DNA from: a virus
Lineage: Duplodnaviria; Caudoviricetes
Length of the DNA: 64,000 bases
Reading direction: 5' to 3' (one strand)
IMG/VR virus record: IMGVR_UViG_3300033498_000048
Coordinates: 64,001-128,000 of that record
The translations under genes and the position numbers were made by a program. Every line of letters starts with the position of its first letter. The first letter of the stretch is position 1. The notes beneath the pieces are model-generated. The model did no database searches and was not told where the DNA came from. It saw only the letters and a list, made by a program, of their open reading frames with translations. Below are positions 9,744 to 19,947 of the stretch, one piece after another.

Positions 9744-11073
9744 TATGGCAACGTGTTTACAATCAATTAATACAATTGTTACAAATAATCAAATCGGAAC
9801 TATCACAAATATTATTCCATCAATACCAACAACATTTCAAATTGCACCACTAGGTAAAAAGTTATTGTATATTCAATTAATAAAACGTGAAATTATTAGG
9901 TTCATATTTAACTTAAGCCCTATTGGAAGTATTGGGTCAGTTGAAATGACCATGACAATATACAAATATGATGAAATATTAAACAAAGTAACCGAAGTTG
10001 GAAACGCATTATTAACGGTATTGAATCAAGAACTCCAAAAAGACATGGATATTGGCACATACTTCATTTGTATATCAAATAAGTATTCAACATTTAATAC
10101 AACCATAACTGGAATATTTACCTCATTTACACAAGCTATTAGGTTAGATTTTAAATTTTACAATGGTTCAAACACATCAACACAAATACTAAAGGAGAAT
10201 CCATGTAATGCTCCAGTTTTTTATGAAATAATTAATGGTTCATTACCTACAGGATTAACACTATCTTTAACTGGAAAAATATCAGGCATTTTACCAAATC
10301 TTGATTGTTTATCTGAAAATACAGACCTTGGACCAAGTGCTAATTGGTTCGGTCAATTACCAACTGGTGAGTGGTTTCCATGGGGCAGACAATATAGATT
10401 TAAAGTTGTTATGTGGGTTTCTTCACATCCACATATAAAAGATGATAGGTGGTTTTGTATTCGAGTTTATAACAACTGGGACATTGAAAAAAATAACTTA
10501 TTGAATCAACTTCCATCAATAGTAACTGTGAAAACTACTCAACAATTAGTACAACCACAAAAAATGGAATACAATTTTGATTTGTGTAATCCAGGGATTG
10601 AATCTACTCAAATACAAAAGCCAATCCAAGCTGCGTTATGTGTTCATTGTATAGAGGATGTATTCACCGAAGTACAAACTGTGGAACTTCCAATTACATT
10701 GTGTGAAATACAACCAGACGATTTAATCAATTGGTGGCAATTGCATTATAATAATAGAAACAATTTAAGTCCTGACGAATTAGCACTATTAAAATCATTG
10801 ATGAATAATAAAGTTTTTAGAATACTATTAATTAAAAATGGCTTAATTGTTGGAGATGTATCAGAACGTAAATATGTAGATGGTAGTATATTAATTGCAA
10901 AGAATAACAATACCATTTCATTGAGGATTAATAAATTGGTAAATGGAAGAAATGTTGACGATGTTGATTATGAAATGTTGCGTGATATAAACACAATAAA
11001 CCAATCGTTACCATTTGAATTTATAACGTTTAATGGAGATAACTTAAATGAGTTTGAACTTACAATTGGATAA
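9733..11073 (+). CDS. putative virion protein with Ig-like (He_PIG-type) segment
   Basis: YEIINGSLPTGLTLSLTGKISG motif; same late operon. Confidence 0.6.
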   Translation: MFFNMATCLQSINTIVTNNQIGTITNIIPSIPTTFQIAPLGKKLLYIQLIKREIIRFIFNLSPIGSIGSVEMTMTIYKYDEILNKVTEVGNALLTVLNQELQKDMDIGTYFICISNKYSTFNTTITGIFTSFTQAIRLDFKFYNGSNTSTQILKENPCNAPVFYEIINGSLPTGLTLSLTGKISGILPNLDCLSENTDLGPSANWFGQLPTGEWFPWGRQYRFKVVMWVSSHPHIKDDRWFCIRVYNNWDIEKNNLLNQLPSIVTVKTTQQLVQPQKMEYNFDLCNPGIESTQIQKPIQAALCVHCIEDVFTEVQTVELPITLCEIQPDDLINWWQLHYNNRNNLSPDELALLKSLMNNKVFRILLIKNGLIVGDVSERKYVDGSILIAKNNNTISLRINKLVNGRNVDDVDYEMLRDINTINQSLPFEFITFNGDNLNEFELTIG

Positions 11074-11254
11074 CTTGTGTCCTGTAATTAATGTTCCAGT
11101 GATTCCAGTTGATATGCCTAATACGTTGTGCGTTAGTTGTGTTCCAATTTTAATTCCAGAAACACAACTAATTATCACAACAACTAATATTGAAGTTGGA
11201 CTTAAATCATTTATACACGGACAGGTTCATACTAAGTTTTGTACTGGTTCGTGA
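11048..11254 (+). CDS. small Cys/Pro-rich protein
   Basis: 68-aa ORF overlapping end of previous gene. Confidence 0.4.
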   Translation: MSLNLQLDNLCPVINVPVIPVDMPNTLCVSCVPILIPETQLIITTTNIEVGLKSFIHGQVHTKFCTGS

Positions 11255-11485
11255 TTAGTACACCCAAATATGGATTCTGTTCGATAGTTTTTATATATCC
11301 ACCATCCAAACCAGTTTGAAGGTCTATATATCAATATTAGCAATTAATAGTCCAACACATTCACCTGTGGATAGTATTTTTTGTGTCCAATATTTACAAG
11401 TTTTATACAGTGTTTCAGTTATACCTCCTGTGTGCTGGATATGTGGTGGAATCACTCCACAATTGCCATAGTTGAACGATATTGT

Positions 11486-12037
11486 TCATAATGTACTGTA
11501 GATTTTATTGATTTTATCGGCACAGAATGGGCAATATGTAAATTCCAGTATTAGCATATAATCTAACTCTATGGCTTCACCACAACTGGATTCAACTCCA
11601 TAAACCTCTTCAGCAAATGGTGTTAAATTCCATGTACACTCGTGGTGTGGGTGAAACACAGCCAACTCAACAACTTCAGCATAACCATCCTTATTGATAA
11701 TAATCTTAAAAACGTCTCCCAATTCATCACCTTGAGCAAACATTTCACCGATTAGTTTAAATCCAGGCTTCCTGCGTTGCATTAATATTGTAATAAGGTT
11801 TAGTGCTGAATCCATAGAATGTGATTTTTCACTACTATCCCATTGAACTCCATTTCTATCCACAGTAAGTTCTAAGTTTAGAAATGTTAGGTTCTTGCTC
11901 ACATAATCTTGGTTTAATGTTTCGTTGAATTTCCTATAATCACTTTTTTCCAACAGTTCTTCTAGGTATCTCATATCGTTGGAATCTAATTCCTTATTGA
12001 ATTGGAACGCACCTTTAAATTCTATATTGTAACCCAT
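11486..12037 (-). CDS. hypothetical phage protein with possible C-terminal Zn ribbon
   Basis: MGYNIEFKGAFQFNKEL N-terminus; HHEC...SCG...YCPFC. Confidence 0.65.
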   Translation of the reverse strand: MGYNIEFKGAFQFNKELDSNDMRYLEELLEKSDYRKFNETLNQDYVSKNLTFLNLELTVDRNGVQWDSSEKSHSMDSALNLITILMQRRKPGFKLIGEMFAQGDELGDVFKIIINKDGYAEVVELAVFHPHHECTWNLTPFAEEVYGVESSCGEAIELDYMLILEFTYCPFCADKINKIYSTL

Positions 12038-12055
12038 TTTTAATCCTATGTTGTT

Positions 12056-12063
12056 TATAAATA
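12056..12063 (+). promoter_or_regulatory. T4-type late promoter
   Basis: TATAAATA 26 nt upstream of PAAR ATG. Confidence 0.65.
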
Positions 12064-12088
12064 CTATTTTTAATCAATTGGAAACATT

Positions 12089-12382
12089 ATGGGTACACCT
12101 GCTGCACGATTAATGGACATGGCAACTGGACATCAAATGTTCCCTCCACATAATTGTATGAGTGGAAGTTCTACAGTTCTAATTAATGGTAGACCTGCCT
12201 GTAGAACTGGGGATATGTGGATGTTACATTGCGCTCCAACTGGAGGTTGTCATCCTGGAATTGCTGGTATGGGGAGTAGTACCGTTATAATTGAAGGTAA
12301 GAACCAGTCAAGAGTTGGTGACCAAGTGTCTTGTGGCTCTATTATTATGACTGGTTCAACTAATGTTTTAATTGGAGGTTAA
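12089..12382 (+). CDS. PAAR-repeat spike-tip protein
   Basis: PAARLMD, GSSTVLINGRPACRTGD, H...CH, GSSTVIIEGK..SRVGD..SCG, GSTNVLIGG. Confidence 0.95.
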   Translation: MGTPAARLMDMATGHQMFPPHNCMSGSSTVLINGRPACRTGDMWMLHCAPTGGCHPGIAGMGSSTVIIEGKNQSRVGDQVSCGSIIMTGSTNVLIGG

Positions 12383-12792
12383 TTCTCTATCATAAACCAT
12401 TTAACAGCATCTTTCCATGTACCACTGAATAATAAGACGCATTGATTATTTTCACGTCCGTATATTTCACTAATACCATTACAATTTTTTGGAACTACAG
12501 TGAAAATAACATCGTCAGTTTCTATTTCACTGATTCTAAAATCATCGTATAGTTTACCATCCCACGCACGACAATTATTTTTGAATAAAACACAACAGGT
12601 ATCAATATCAAATCGTTTGGAACCTTTAATTTGATTTAATTTACTAATTAATGTTTTTCCACGGTTTGCCAGTGCTTTATCGGAACAAAACCAGTCACAC
12701 CATAGTCCACAATCTGGAATAACTCCAATAACACTAGATATTGGCATTGATAAAATTTCTCTAATACTTTTACTAAACATATAATTCCCCAA
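12379..12792 (-). CDS. conserved phage hypothetical protein
   Basis: DWFCSDKAL..VLFKNNC...LYDDFRI pattern. Confidence 0.65.
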   Translation of the reverse strand: MGNYMFSKSIREILSMPISSVIGVIPDCGLWCDWFCSDKALANRGKTLISKLNQIKGSKRFDIDTCCVLFKNNCRAWDGKLYDDFRISEIETDDVIFTVVPKNCNGISEIYGRENNQCVLLFSGTWKDAVKWFMIEN

Positions 12793-12818
12793 CTTGAATG
12801 TATATTGATTAAAAACAC

Positions 12819-12848
12819 ATTATAACAAATATGACAGCCCAGTGTCAA
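12819..12848 (-). promoter_or_regulatory. sigma70-like early promoter
   Basis: TTGACA-N18-TATAAT with TG extended -10. Confidence 0.65.
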
Positions 12849-12989
12849 TCAAATATATGTGTTTTACTAACAACCAACCTCCACAAGTCGTTTCAATGTG
12901 AATGGAAATGCGCTGGTTGCTGTTATTGATTTTTAGCATGATGTTGTAGTAAATCAACTAATTATTTTTTAACATAGTATTTTCAGTTC

Positions 12990-13349
12990 CTACAAGTAGT
13001 CATATAAATCAAATGACTGTGGTGATTTATCAACAAAAACGTGTAAGTGTTTCACATCTTCATATACTGCAAAACCCATTCCCTCGCCTTTATGTGTACA
13101 TAAACAAACGAATATACAATCGTCAGGAACTGTGATAGAATCATAAATTCGGTCAACTTCGTTACAATATGAATCAAAGGCATAATCATCTTCATCAAAT
13201 GTAGGCTCTGGTCTAACAATACCACGTTTTAGTAATTCCACCTCAATCATGGATTGTTTTATTTTCGATTTAACACGATGTATAACTTTAGGGTCAATTG
13301 ATGATAACGACACTACGTTGTAACGTGTTATACATTTGGTCTGCTGCAT
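12990..13349 (-). CDS. hypothetical protein
   Basis: ORF track. Confidence 0.6.
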   Translation of the reverse strand: MQQTKCITRYNVVSLSSIDPKVIHRVKSKIKQSMIEVELLKRGIVRPEPTFDEDDYAFDSYCNEVDRIYDSITVPDDCIFVCLCTHKGEGMGFAVYEDVKHLHVFVDKSPQSFDLYDYL

Positions 13350-13434
13350 TAGTTGTCATGGTATATTCCAAGTTATTTAATATGTTGCATAGTATAAAAC
13401 ACCTTTATAAACAAAGTCAATAGGTAATTTAAAA

Positions 13435-13776
13435 ATGTCGATACACATTACAAAAAAAGATTTAAAGCAGGTTTTGAACGGACTAAGAGCAAGTGCAAAA
13501 AAACGTGGTATTCCATTTGAATTGACAATGGATGATTTGAATGAAATATCAATACCGTTGACTTGTCCCATTTTAGGTATGCCTGTATTTTTCAACACGG
13601 GACAAGTCAATGATAATTCGATTTCATTTGATAGGATTGATAATACTAAAGGATATGTTCCAGATAATATCATTGCTATTAGCTATAGAGCTAATAGACT
13701 TAAATCAGATGCAACCTTAAATGAATTAAAATTGTTATGTGATTTTTATAAACAGCATCAGATTGATGGAGTTTGA
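13435..13776 (+). CDS. HNH-like endonuclease
   Basis: CPILG...SISFDRIDNTKGYVPDNIIAISYRANRLKSD matches phage HNH-like motif; TATAAACA at 13406. Confidence 0.75.
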   Translation: MSIHITKKDLKQVLNGLRASAKKRGIPFELTMDDLNEISIPLTCPILGMPVFFNTGQVNDNSISFDRIDNTKGYVPDNIIAISYRANRLKSDATLNELKLLCDFYKQHQIDGV

Positions 13777-14606
13777 ATACTTAAATTTACCATTTTCTGT
13801 TTGATATATTGAGCGAATGGGATTCCATGTGGTAACGTTAAGTTGAAAGCATTTTCGCTATTGTCATTCAACCATTCCAACATAGTGGAATCCGAAATCG
13901 TTTCCCATGATTCCACTTCCATAAGTGATTCAAAATCAAATTCCCAATCCATATCATGTAAACACGAATCACCTAGGGTTTCTGCAAAATCCCATTTGAA
14001 GTTTCGTTCACCAATTTTACCACTAACTGATATGTCGTTATACCAGCGATGGTTGCGTGATGAATAAACTGTGGAATAATTAGAGAATATTTCAATACAC
14101 AAGTTACTAAAAAACATATCAGTTAATGTTGTTTTAGTTACTTCACAAATGTATTTCAAAGCTTCTTGAGCTTTAACTGGTAACTTTGTAAACATCTCGA
14201 TGGAACGTGTATCTTGACAGTCTCGTTCATCTTGTAATTTTTTTAAGTATGACTCAAACCAATCAAGAGAATAATCGGGTTTTATATCACGTTCTCGAAT
14301 ATTAAACTCAGATGTCAATATTGCGATGATTACTTGTTTCCTAGCGTATTGTTCGACTTCAACCTTTAAAAGGTCTATTGAACCGTTTTGTATGAAATGT
14401 TCTACGCAAGAATTACACACATGGATGTTATTATCGTATTCGTCTGTTAAATGAATTATTCCAATTCCAGTGTCATTGAGTGTTGAATATTCAACTCCAC
14501 AATTGGAACAACGTTGATATTTTGGTTTATTTCTAATTTTTAACCAAGCTGATAAATCAAACATATTAATTCGTGCTGATTTAACTTGTGTTGTTTTGTA
14601 TTTCAT
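13758..14606 (-). CDS. hypothetical protein, N-terminal CxxC...CxxC
   Basis: 282-aa ORF, GGAG RBS, promoter upstream. Confidence 0.65.
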   Translation of the reverse strand: MKYKTTQVKSARINMFDLSAWLKIRNKPKYQRCSNCGVEYSTLNDTGIGIIHLTDEYDNNIHVCNSCVEHFIQNGSIDLLKVEVEQYARKQVIIAILTSEFNIRERDIKPDYSLDWFESYLKKLQDERDCQDTRSIEMFTKLPVKAQEALKYICEVTKTTLTDMFFSNLCIEIFSNYSTVYSSRNHRWYNDISVSGKIGERNFKWDFAETLGDSCLHDMDWEFDFESLMEVESWETISDSTMLEWLNDNSENAFNLTLPHGIPFAQYIKQKMVNLSIQTPSI

Positions 14607-14646
14607 ACTAATTCACTCCACTAGAATGTTTATTGACTAAAAACAC

Positions 14647-14676
14647 ATTATAATATTTGTCGACACTCAATGTCAA
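14647..14676 (-). promoter_or_regulatory. sigma70-like early promoter
   Basis: TTGACA-N18-TATAAT. Confidence 0.65.
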
Positions 14677-15022
14677 CTACAGAATCAAAGTTTCATGGTA
14701 CCATTGAAGTTACTAATGCAGTTATATTCACAAAAGACACGATATACAGTACAGCCTGTAATAATACAATATGTTCTTTAGTAATTTTAGTTTGACCTGT
14801 TTTACTGGAACAATTATTTCACAATCCATTAACTATTCCAGTTATCATCCAATTCATTTTTGTTATTCATCACATACATAATCTTGTTTTATGTTGACTT
14901 TATTGCGATGTCGCAACACTCTATTTAAAAATGTTCGTGTTGTCTGGTTTTTCCAAATAAAAAGGCAACACGAACATTTAATTCCACCTGGACCCAAATG
15001 TTTGGTCTTTTGATGTGCGATT

Positions 15023-15514
15023 TTAATAGTCTAATTCCTCACAGAATCGTTTTGTTTTTGGTAATCCGTATAATGGATATGTCTTTACACGACCAAAACA
15101 ATTGGATATTACAAAGGTGTTTTTATCAAAATCTATAACATAACACCATTCACATTCTAATGTATCACTTGCAAACTCGATATTGTTTACCAATTCAATT
15201 TCACGTTCACTATTGTTTAAAATGTAATCTAAAACCTTTGAGCTATAGTTTCTAGCCAGTTGTGGACGTTGTTTATAATACCATTCTATTTCAAAGGGGT
15301 GGCAATTCCGTTGCATTGATTCAATCACACCTGTAACATCTACAATTAAATTTAGATGTGTTTTGAATTTTCCAACGATACCATGCTGATTAAGCCTTTT
15401 CAAAAAGTTTAAAATCTTGACTCCATGGTAGCTTGGGTACATATCATATTGACAATATTGCGCAACTGGAGTCACACCTTTGTGTTTAACGACAATCAGT
15501 CCTCTTGTTCCCAT
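15023..15514 (-). CDS. conserved phage hypothetical protein
   Basis: MGTRGLI...QYCQYDMYPSYHG motif. Confidence 0.7.
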   Translation of the reverse strand: MGTRGLIVVKHKGVTPVAQYCQYDMYPSYHGVKILNFLKRLNQHGIVGKFKTHLNLIVDVTGVIESMQRNCHPFEIEWYYKQRPQLARNYSSKVLDYILNNSEREIELVNNIEFASDTLECEWCYVIDFDKNTFVISNCFGRVKTYPLYGLPKTKRFCEELDY

Positions 15515-15523
15515 AACCTTTCC

Positions 15524-15778
15524 TCAATCAATTCTAATGGTTGCGCCCTTGAATATACCTGAGCATACTGTGCCACTAACTGGAAAACCATCTAACCCTG
15601 TAGCCGTGAATCCCGTGTGCCAACCATCATCTCTGCCACAACCAAACCAGTTATACCCATCAATTTTGATATTCTTATATCCAGCTGATGTTAATGCTTT
15701 GGTTGCCTCAACTGAACTCGTACAAGACACTGTTACGGTTAATAGTACGATTGTTAATATAACTCTAATTTTTAACAT
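15524..15778 (-). CDS. putative phage lipoprotein/membrane protein
   Basis: Signal peptide with TVSC lipobox-like; GYNWFGCGRDD..TGFTA...VSGTVCSGIFKGATIR. Confidence 0.7.
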   Translation of the reverse strand: MLKIRVILTIVLLTVTVSCTSSVEATKALTSAGYKNIKIDGYNWFGCGRDDGWHTGFTATGLDGFPVSGTVCSGIFKGATIRID

Positions 15779-15783
15779 TTAAT

Positions 15784-16347
15784 TTACTCCACCTTTAATT
15801 GGATTTTGTATAGTATTCCACCATATTTTAATTCACAGATTTTAGATATTGCTGTGTTTACGATGAAAAAGTCTTTATCTTCACTTACTAAACCCCGTCC
15901 AGCTGTTGGAAGTGATGTTGGATTGTAATACGATGGTCTCCACAAATCTAGGTTTATTGCATCTTCTTCAGTGATTTCAACTCCATCGTGATAATATGCT
16001 AACAAAGTTGATGCTTGTGTGTACAAAACTTTACCATCAATCAAATACTCAAGCGTTTTATCTGATTGTAATAACGTTCCACACACCCTAGTTTTACCTT
16101 TCAATCCTTGTGCTTGGAACGTTATGTCTCCAGTTAAATTTTGAACTTTTTGCTCATAGTCATGGTTTAAATATAAATGACTAATGTGAACTTTCTTTTG
16201 AACTGCTGCCTTTCCATGAGTTGTTTTACTTCTTGTGTCGTCTACAACATAAGTTAAACTCACCACCGTAGACCGTGTAATTAATTGTAACATATCAATC
16301 AATTCTTGCTGTGAAATTACTTGCACTGGAATATTTTTAGTTGCCAT
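15784..16347 (-). CDS. hypothetical protein
   Basis: 187-aa ORF. Confidence 0.65.
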   Translation of the reverse strand: MATKNIPVQVISQQELIDMLQLITRSTVVSLTYVVDDTRSKTTHGKAAVQKKVHISHLYLNHDYEQKVQNLTGDITFQAQGLKGKTRVCGTLLQSDKTLEYLIDGKVLYTQASTLLAYYHDGVEITEEDAINLDLWRPSYYNPTSLPTAGRGLVSEDKDFFIVNTAISKICELKYGGILYKIQLKVE

Positions 16348-16411
16348 GATATATGCTCACAAGTGTGTTTAAGAATTTATGCTGCGTATTATAAACACAT
16401 TAAAAACAAAG

Positions 16412-16720
16412 TCAACTATATTTTTTATTACTCCATTTATCAACTTTTTTGTCAATCGTTTTGTTGATTTCCATAGCAAGTTGGGTTGCTGATACCTCTG
16501 GATATGACAACTGAATAATGTCTAATAAACATACTATAACATCAACACATTCACCGATAACACCGTCCTCAGTTTCTGGTTTTATCGAATGCCCTATTCC
16601 CTTAAGAATCTCGTCCGATAACTCTCCCATTTCAGTCATCGCATAAATCAAACTGGTTTCTACAGTCCGTTTTAGCTCAACATTGCGAATGTTAAATATT
16701 GTACTTACTTTCACATACAA
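16412..16720 (-). CDS. MazG-like nucleotide pyrophosphohydrolase
   Basis: EMGELSDEI...GECVDVIV (ExxE...ExxD) motif. Confidence 0.75.
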   Translation of the reverse strand: MYVKVSTIFNIRNVELKRTVETSLIYAMTEMGELSDEILKGIGHSIKPETEDGVIGECVDVIVCLLDIIQLSYPEVSATQLAMEINKTIDKKVDKWSNKKYS

Positions 16721-16928
16721 CTCCTATATCACAATATGGTGTAATAATACTAACGCACTTATAACAATTACAGCAATGTAAACTATAGCCAAGCTATCGC
16801 CTATTTTATTAACTGTTTTCAAAATCACTACAATCTCCTATTTTTATTAATCGGTGTAAGGTTCACATATTTGGAGTACAAATATACCATCCCTATGGGT
16901 AATTGAGTAATATGGACTTAATCCATGT

Positions 16929-17666
16929 TTACCATGTGATGTGCCAGAAAAATCGGTATCTTGAAACACAACACCTTTTAATTTTGGAATACGTTTTTCT
17001 GGCAAGTTCTTCAAATTCTTCAACAGTAAGTGGTGAAGTAATGTGATACTCATAAACGCAATCCTTATATTTACCAACTTGTCCACTTCGTTTACACTCG
17101 ACTTTAAAGTTGTGCTGATTATAGGCATAACTATTAACCAAGTGTGACATTCTTCTTTTTTCTGCTTCGAAGTTATTTCTTGCAACAACATATTCGTTAT
17201 ATTTTGATTTATATTGATTAACTCCAATCCCAAACAATTCCAAATCTTTAATGTGTTTGTCGCGAGTTAGCGAACCACTCATAGCATAATCAAGCTTTTT
17301 GGCTAAGATTTGCCTATAATCTTGCATGATAATTCCATCAACTTCTTTAGTGGAGATGTCACTTCCAAATCTAATTTCAAATAATACACCATTAATCATA
17401 CATCCAGTTAAGTATTCTGAAGTAGCATACTCCTCAGTTTCGTACACGAAATGTTTATTTTTAACACCACAAACAGTTTTAAATATGTTTTTGACTATAT
17501 CGTGAATGTCATTGATTTCACCATTAAAAACAAAGTCAACATCGTGGGCTTTTCTATTTAAGTTTAATCCTTGATATAACAAGGCAAAACTACCAGTCAG
17601 AAATATTTGATGTTCTTGTAATGCAATTGCTATGTTTTTTACAGTATCATTTAATTTAAGTTTCAT
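16929..17666 (-). CDS. nucleotidyltransferase-fold protein
   Basis: LTGSFAL...HDVDF (GS + DxD). Confidence 0.65.
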   Translation of the reverse strand: MKLKLNDTVKNIAIALQEHQIFLTGSFALLYQGLNLNRKAHDVDFVFNGEINDIHDIVKNIFKTVCGVKNKHFVYETEEYATSEYLTGCMINGVLFEIRFGSDISTKEVDGIIMQDYRQILAKKLDYAMSGSLTRDKHIKDLELFGIGVNQYKSKYNEYVVARNNFEAEKRRMSHLVNSYAYNQHNFKVECKRSGQVGKYKDCVYEYHITSPLTVEEFEELARKTYSKIKRCCVSRYRFFWHITW

Positions 17667-18016
17667 CTAATTGTTTCCTTAGAACGTTTTACAATATCTT
17701 TGAATGTTGTATATTGGGATTCCACAATATCTGGAATAGTAATATCTTTTGCTTTACAATACTGAATTACTACCTTAGTTGGAATATACTTAACACATTC
17801 CGCTGAATGTAACATTGAATACGCAATCTTCATTAATCGCAATGTTTCCACTCTACTTGTGTATAACCTATTAAATTGTAACCACATTGGTTTACATTTT
17901 GTGTGGTCATTCTTATGTCCAACAATATTAACTAAAATTGCATACATATCATCGTCAATCTTTTTAACGTCTTTCTTTAATTTTTCAAACATATTCACTC
18001 CGTTTAAGTCGTTCAA
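17663..18016 (-). CDS. hypothetical protein
   Basis: ORF track, 4-nt overlaps. Confidence 0.55.
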   Translation of the reverse strand: MNDLNGVNMFEKLKKDVKKIDDDMYAILVNIVGHKNDHTKCKPMWLQFNRLYTSRVETLRLMKIAYSMLHSAECVKYIPTKVVIQYCKAKDITIPDIVESQYTTFKDIVKRSKETIR

Positions 18017-18264
18017 TCAAGTTTTTCTAAAAAGGCAATAAACTTATCAATTGATTTTCTAAGTTTTTTTAACTTAAATATAAAATCTACAAGTGATTCG
18101 TTCTTTGTTTTGTGTAATCTTATAATTTCGTGACACGAACCAATTTCCAAAAACATATCAATTAACTTTCTATTCCATGGATGTGTTCCATAATAACATA
18201 CCACTGAACCAGTTGATGCACTTTTTATGGAATTTAACCAAGTTCTTTTATTGTATTTTTTCAT
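18013..18264 (-). CDS. hypothetical protein
   Basis: ORF track. Confidence 0.6.
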   Translation of the reverse strand: MKKYNKRTWLNSIKSASTGSVVCYYGTHPWNRKLIDMFLEIGSCHEIIRLHKTKNESLVDFIFKLKKLRKSIDKFIAFLEKLD

Positions 18265-18267
18265 AAT

Positions 18268-18987
18268 TTATCCCTTAACACTAAACAAACATTCAGTTGG
18301 TCTTTTGACGGCATTGCGTGATGTCACATTAGTTACTATTTGTCTTTCCCACAATTTAGTAAATCTATCAGATGGCATATCATATTCGCTAATAAAAACT
18401 TTGTGTCCATTATTGTGTTGTAACTCACACCAATCATAAAACTCTGGATGGTTAAATTTGACCTTATATCCTGTTGTATTTAAATATGGAGGGTCACAAT
18501 ATACAACACTTCTAGGTGGTATATCAACATCATAATAATTACCAGACGTGAATGTTATTCCAGATAATAATGGAGCTTGTTTAAGTAGTGCCAGTTTTGA
18601 ACCATAACCATAGTTTCTAACTCGTTCTGCATTAGGTGTCCCAATCTTAACATTTCTAGCATATCCACCAAACCACTTACTAGCAAAACTACACCCAAAT
18701 CCAATAAAACCTTTTAACGGATTATCATCATCTAGGGTTTTTGCAGCCTGATATTCATCCTCACTGACAAAATCAGGTGGAACCCAACCATCTTTAATTG
18801 CAGTCAATAAACTTATTAATGGGACATTAATATCATTAGCAATTTTACCAATTCCAGTTGGAACAAGACTAATAAGGTTACAACCTCCACAAAATGGTTC
18901 AACGTACCATTGGTCTAAGCATCTATCTTTAAGAATTATTGGAATTATGTATTTTGCTATTCGCCGTTTACTTCCTAAATATATCAT
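18268..18987 (-). CDS. dam: DNA adenine methyltransferase (D12/Dam family)
   Basis: YLGSK, YVEPFCGG (motif I), IANDIN, VYCDPPY (motif IV), FISEY; recognition site unknown. Confidence 0.85.
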   Translation of the reverse strand: MIYLGSKRRIAKYIIPIILKDRCLDQWYVEPFCGGCNLISLVPTGIGKIANDINVPLISLLTAIKDGWVPPDFVSEDEYQAAKTLDDDNPLKGFIGFGCSFASKWFGGYARNVKIGTPNAERVRNYGYGSKLALLKQAPLLSGITFTSGNYYDVDIPPRSVVYCDPPYLNTTGYKVKFNHPEFYDWCELQHNNGHKVFISEYDMPSDRFTKLWERQIVTNVTSRNAVKRPTECLFSVKG

Positions 18988-19310
18988 TTTAGTTTATTGT
19001 ACCCAGAATTGTATGGATATACATCGTCTTCCACATGAATCATACTGTTTACCCAATCTTTATACTCAGAACTTGGAATTAATTCTACTCTATATTCACT
19101 CTCACCGTTATCCCAAGTGTGTAAGCTTAATACTACTTTTGAACCCTTTAATACCCTAGCAACATTGTCAATTACAGTTGCCTTATATCTTACATCATCT
19201 AATTGTCCATATAGTGTGATGAAATACATTGCCCAATCAATTTGACTATAATTTTCAAATGGAGTGTTAGTTAAATCTGTGATAATAGTACCACCTAAAT
19301 ATTCTGCCAC
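18984..19310 (-). CDS. conserved phage hypothetical protein
   Basis: DWAMYFITLYGQLD...IDNVARVLKG pattern. Confidence 0.6.
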   Translation of the reverse strand: MAEYLGGTIITDLTNTPFENYSQIDWAMYFITLYGQLDDVRYKATVIDNVARVLKGSKVVLSLHTWDNGESEYRVELIPSSEYKDWVNSMIHVEDDVYPYNSGYNKLK

Positions 19311-19311
19311 T

Positions 19312-19644
19312 TTAATCTCCGTTATTAACTTTCAAATAATGTGTTTTAATAGCGTCTTTAATATCTACATTAACCCTATTAAACTCATCCAAGTAGCTTT
19401 GGATATTGTCAGCAATTCGTTTTCTACTTTTGGTCCAACCATCTAAACTATCGTTTGAATAGAATAAACTTGTTGGAATTGAAACTCCATATAACTCAAC
19501 TGTAGTTGCATTTTTAATATTTGGAAGTGACATAATAGCGTCAGCAAAGTTATCGGCATCAACCCACCATCCAACATTAACAAACTGTTTTGCAACAACA
19601 TCCCCATTTGCATCAAAAAATAATGCGTATGTTGGTAAACTCAT
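19312..19644 (-). CDS. hypothetical protein
   Basis: ORF track. Confidence 0.55.
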   Translation of the reverse strand: MSLPTYALFFDANGDVVAKQFVNVGWWVDADNFADAIMSLPNIKNATTVELYGVSIPTSLFYSNDSLDGWTKSRKRIADNIQSYLDEFNRVNVDIKDAIKTHYLKVNNGD

Positions 19645-19653
19645 TTTAATCTC

Positions 19654-19947
19654 CTATAAACAATTAATTGAACTATATTCAATCATCAATATATCACTTC
19701 TAACATCTGATAACGATTCAACTAATATTCCAGCCAATTCAAAATTCAAATCGAATATATCACATATTGGCTTGTCTACGAATATTGTTACTAATACGCA
19801 ATCTAGTAGTATTTCACAAACATTAAGTGATTTCGAATTAGCTAAACTTAATGCTAATTCGCACAATGTTTTAAGTTCCGTATCAAATAAACCATTGCGT
19901 GTGAATATTTCAATGGCTTCATTATAAAAATGTATCTGTGGTATCAT
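19654..19947 (-). CDS. hypothetical protein
   Basis: ORF track. Confidence 0.55.
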   Translation of the reverse strand: MIPQIHFYNEAIEIFTRNGLFDTELKTLCELALSLANSKSLNVCEILLDCVLVTIFVDKPICDIFDLNFELAGILVESLSDVRSDILMIEYSSINCL

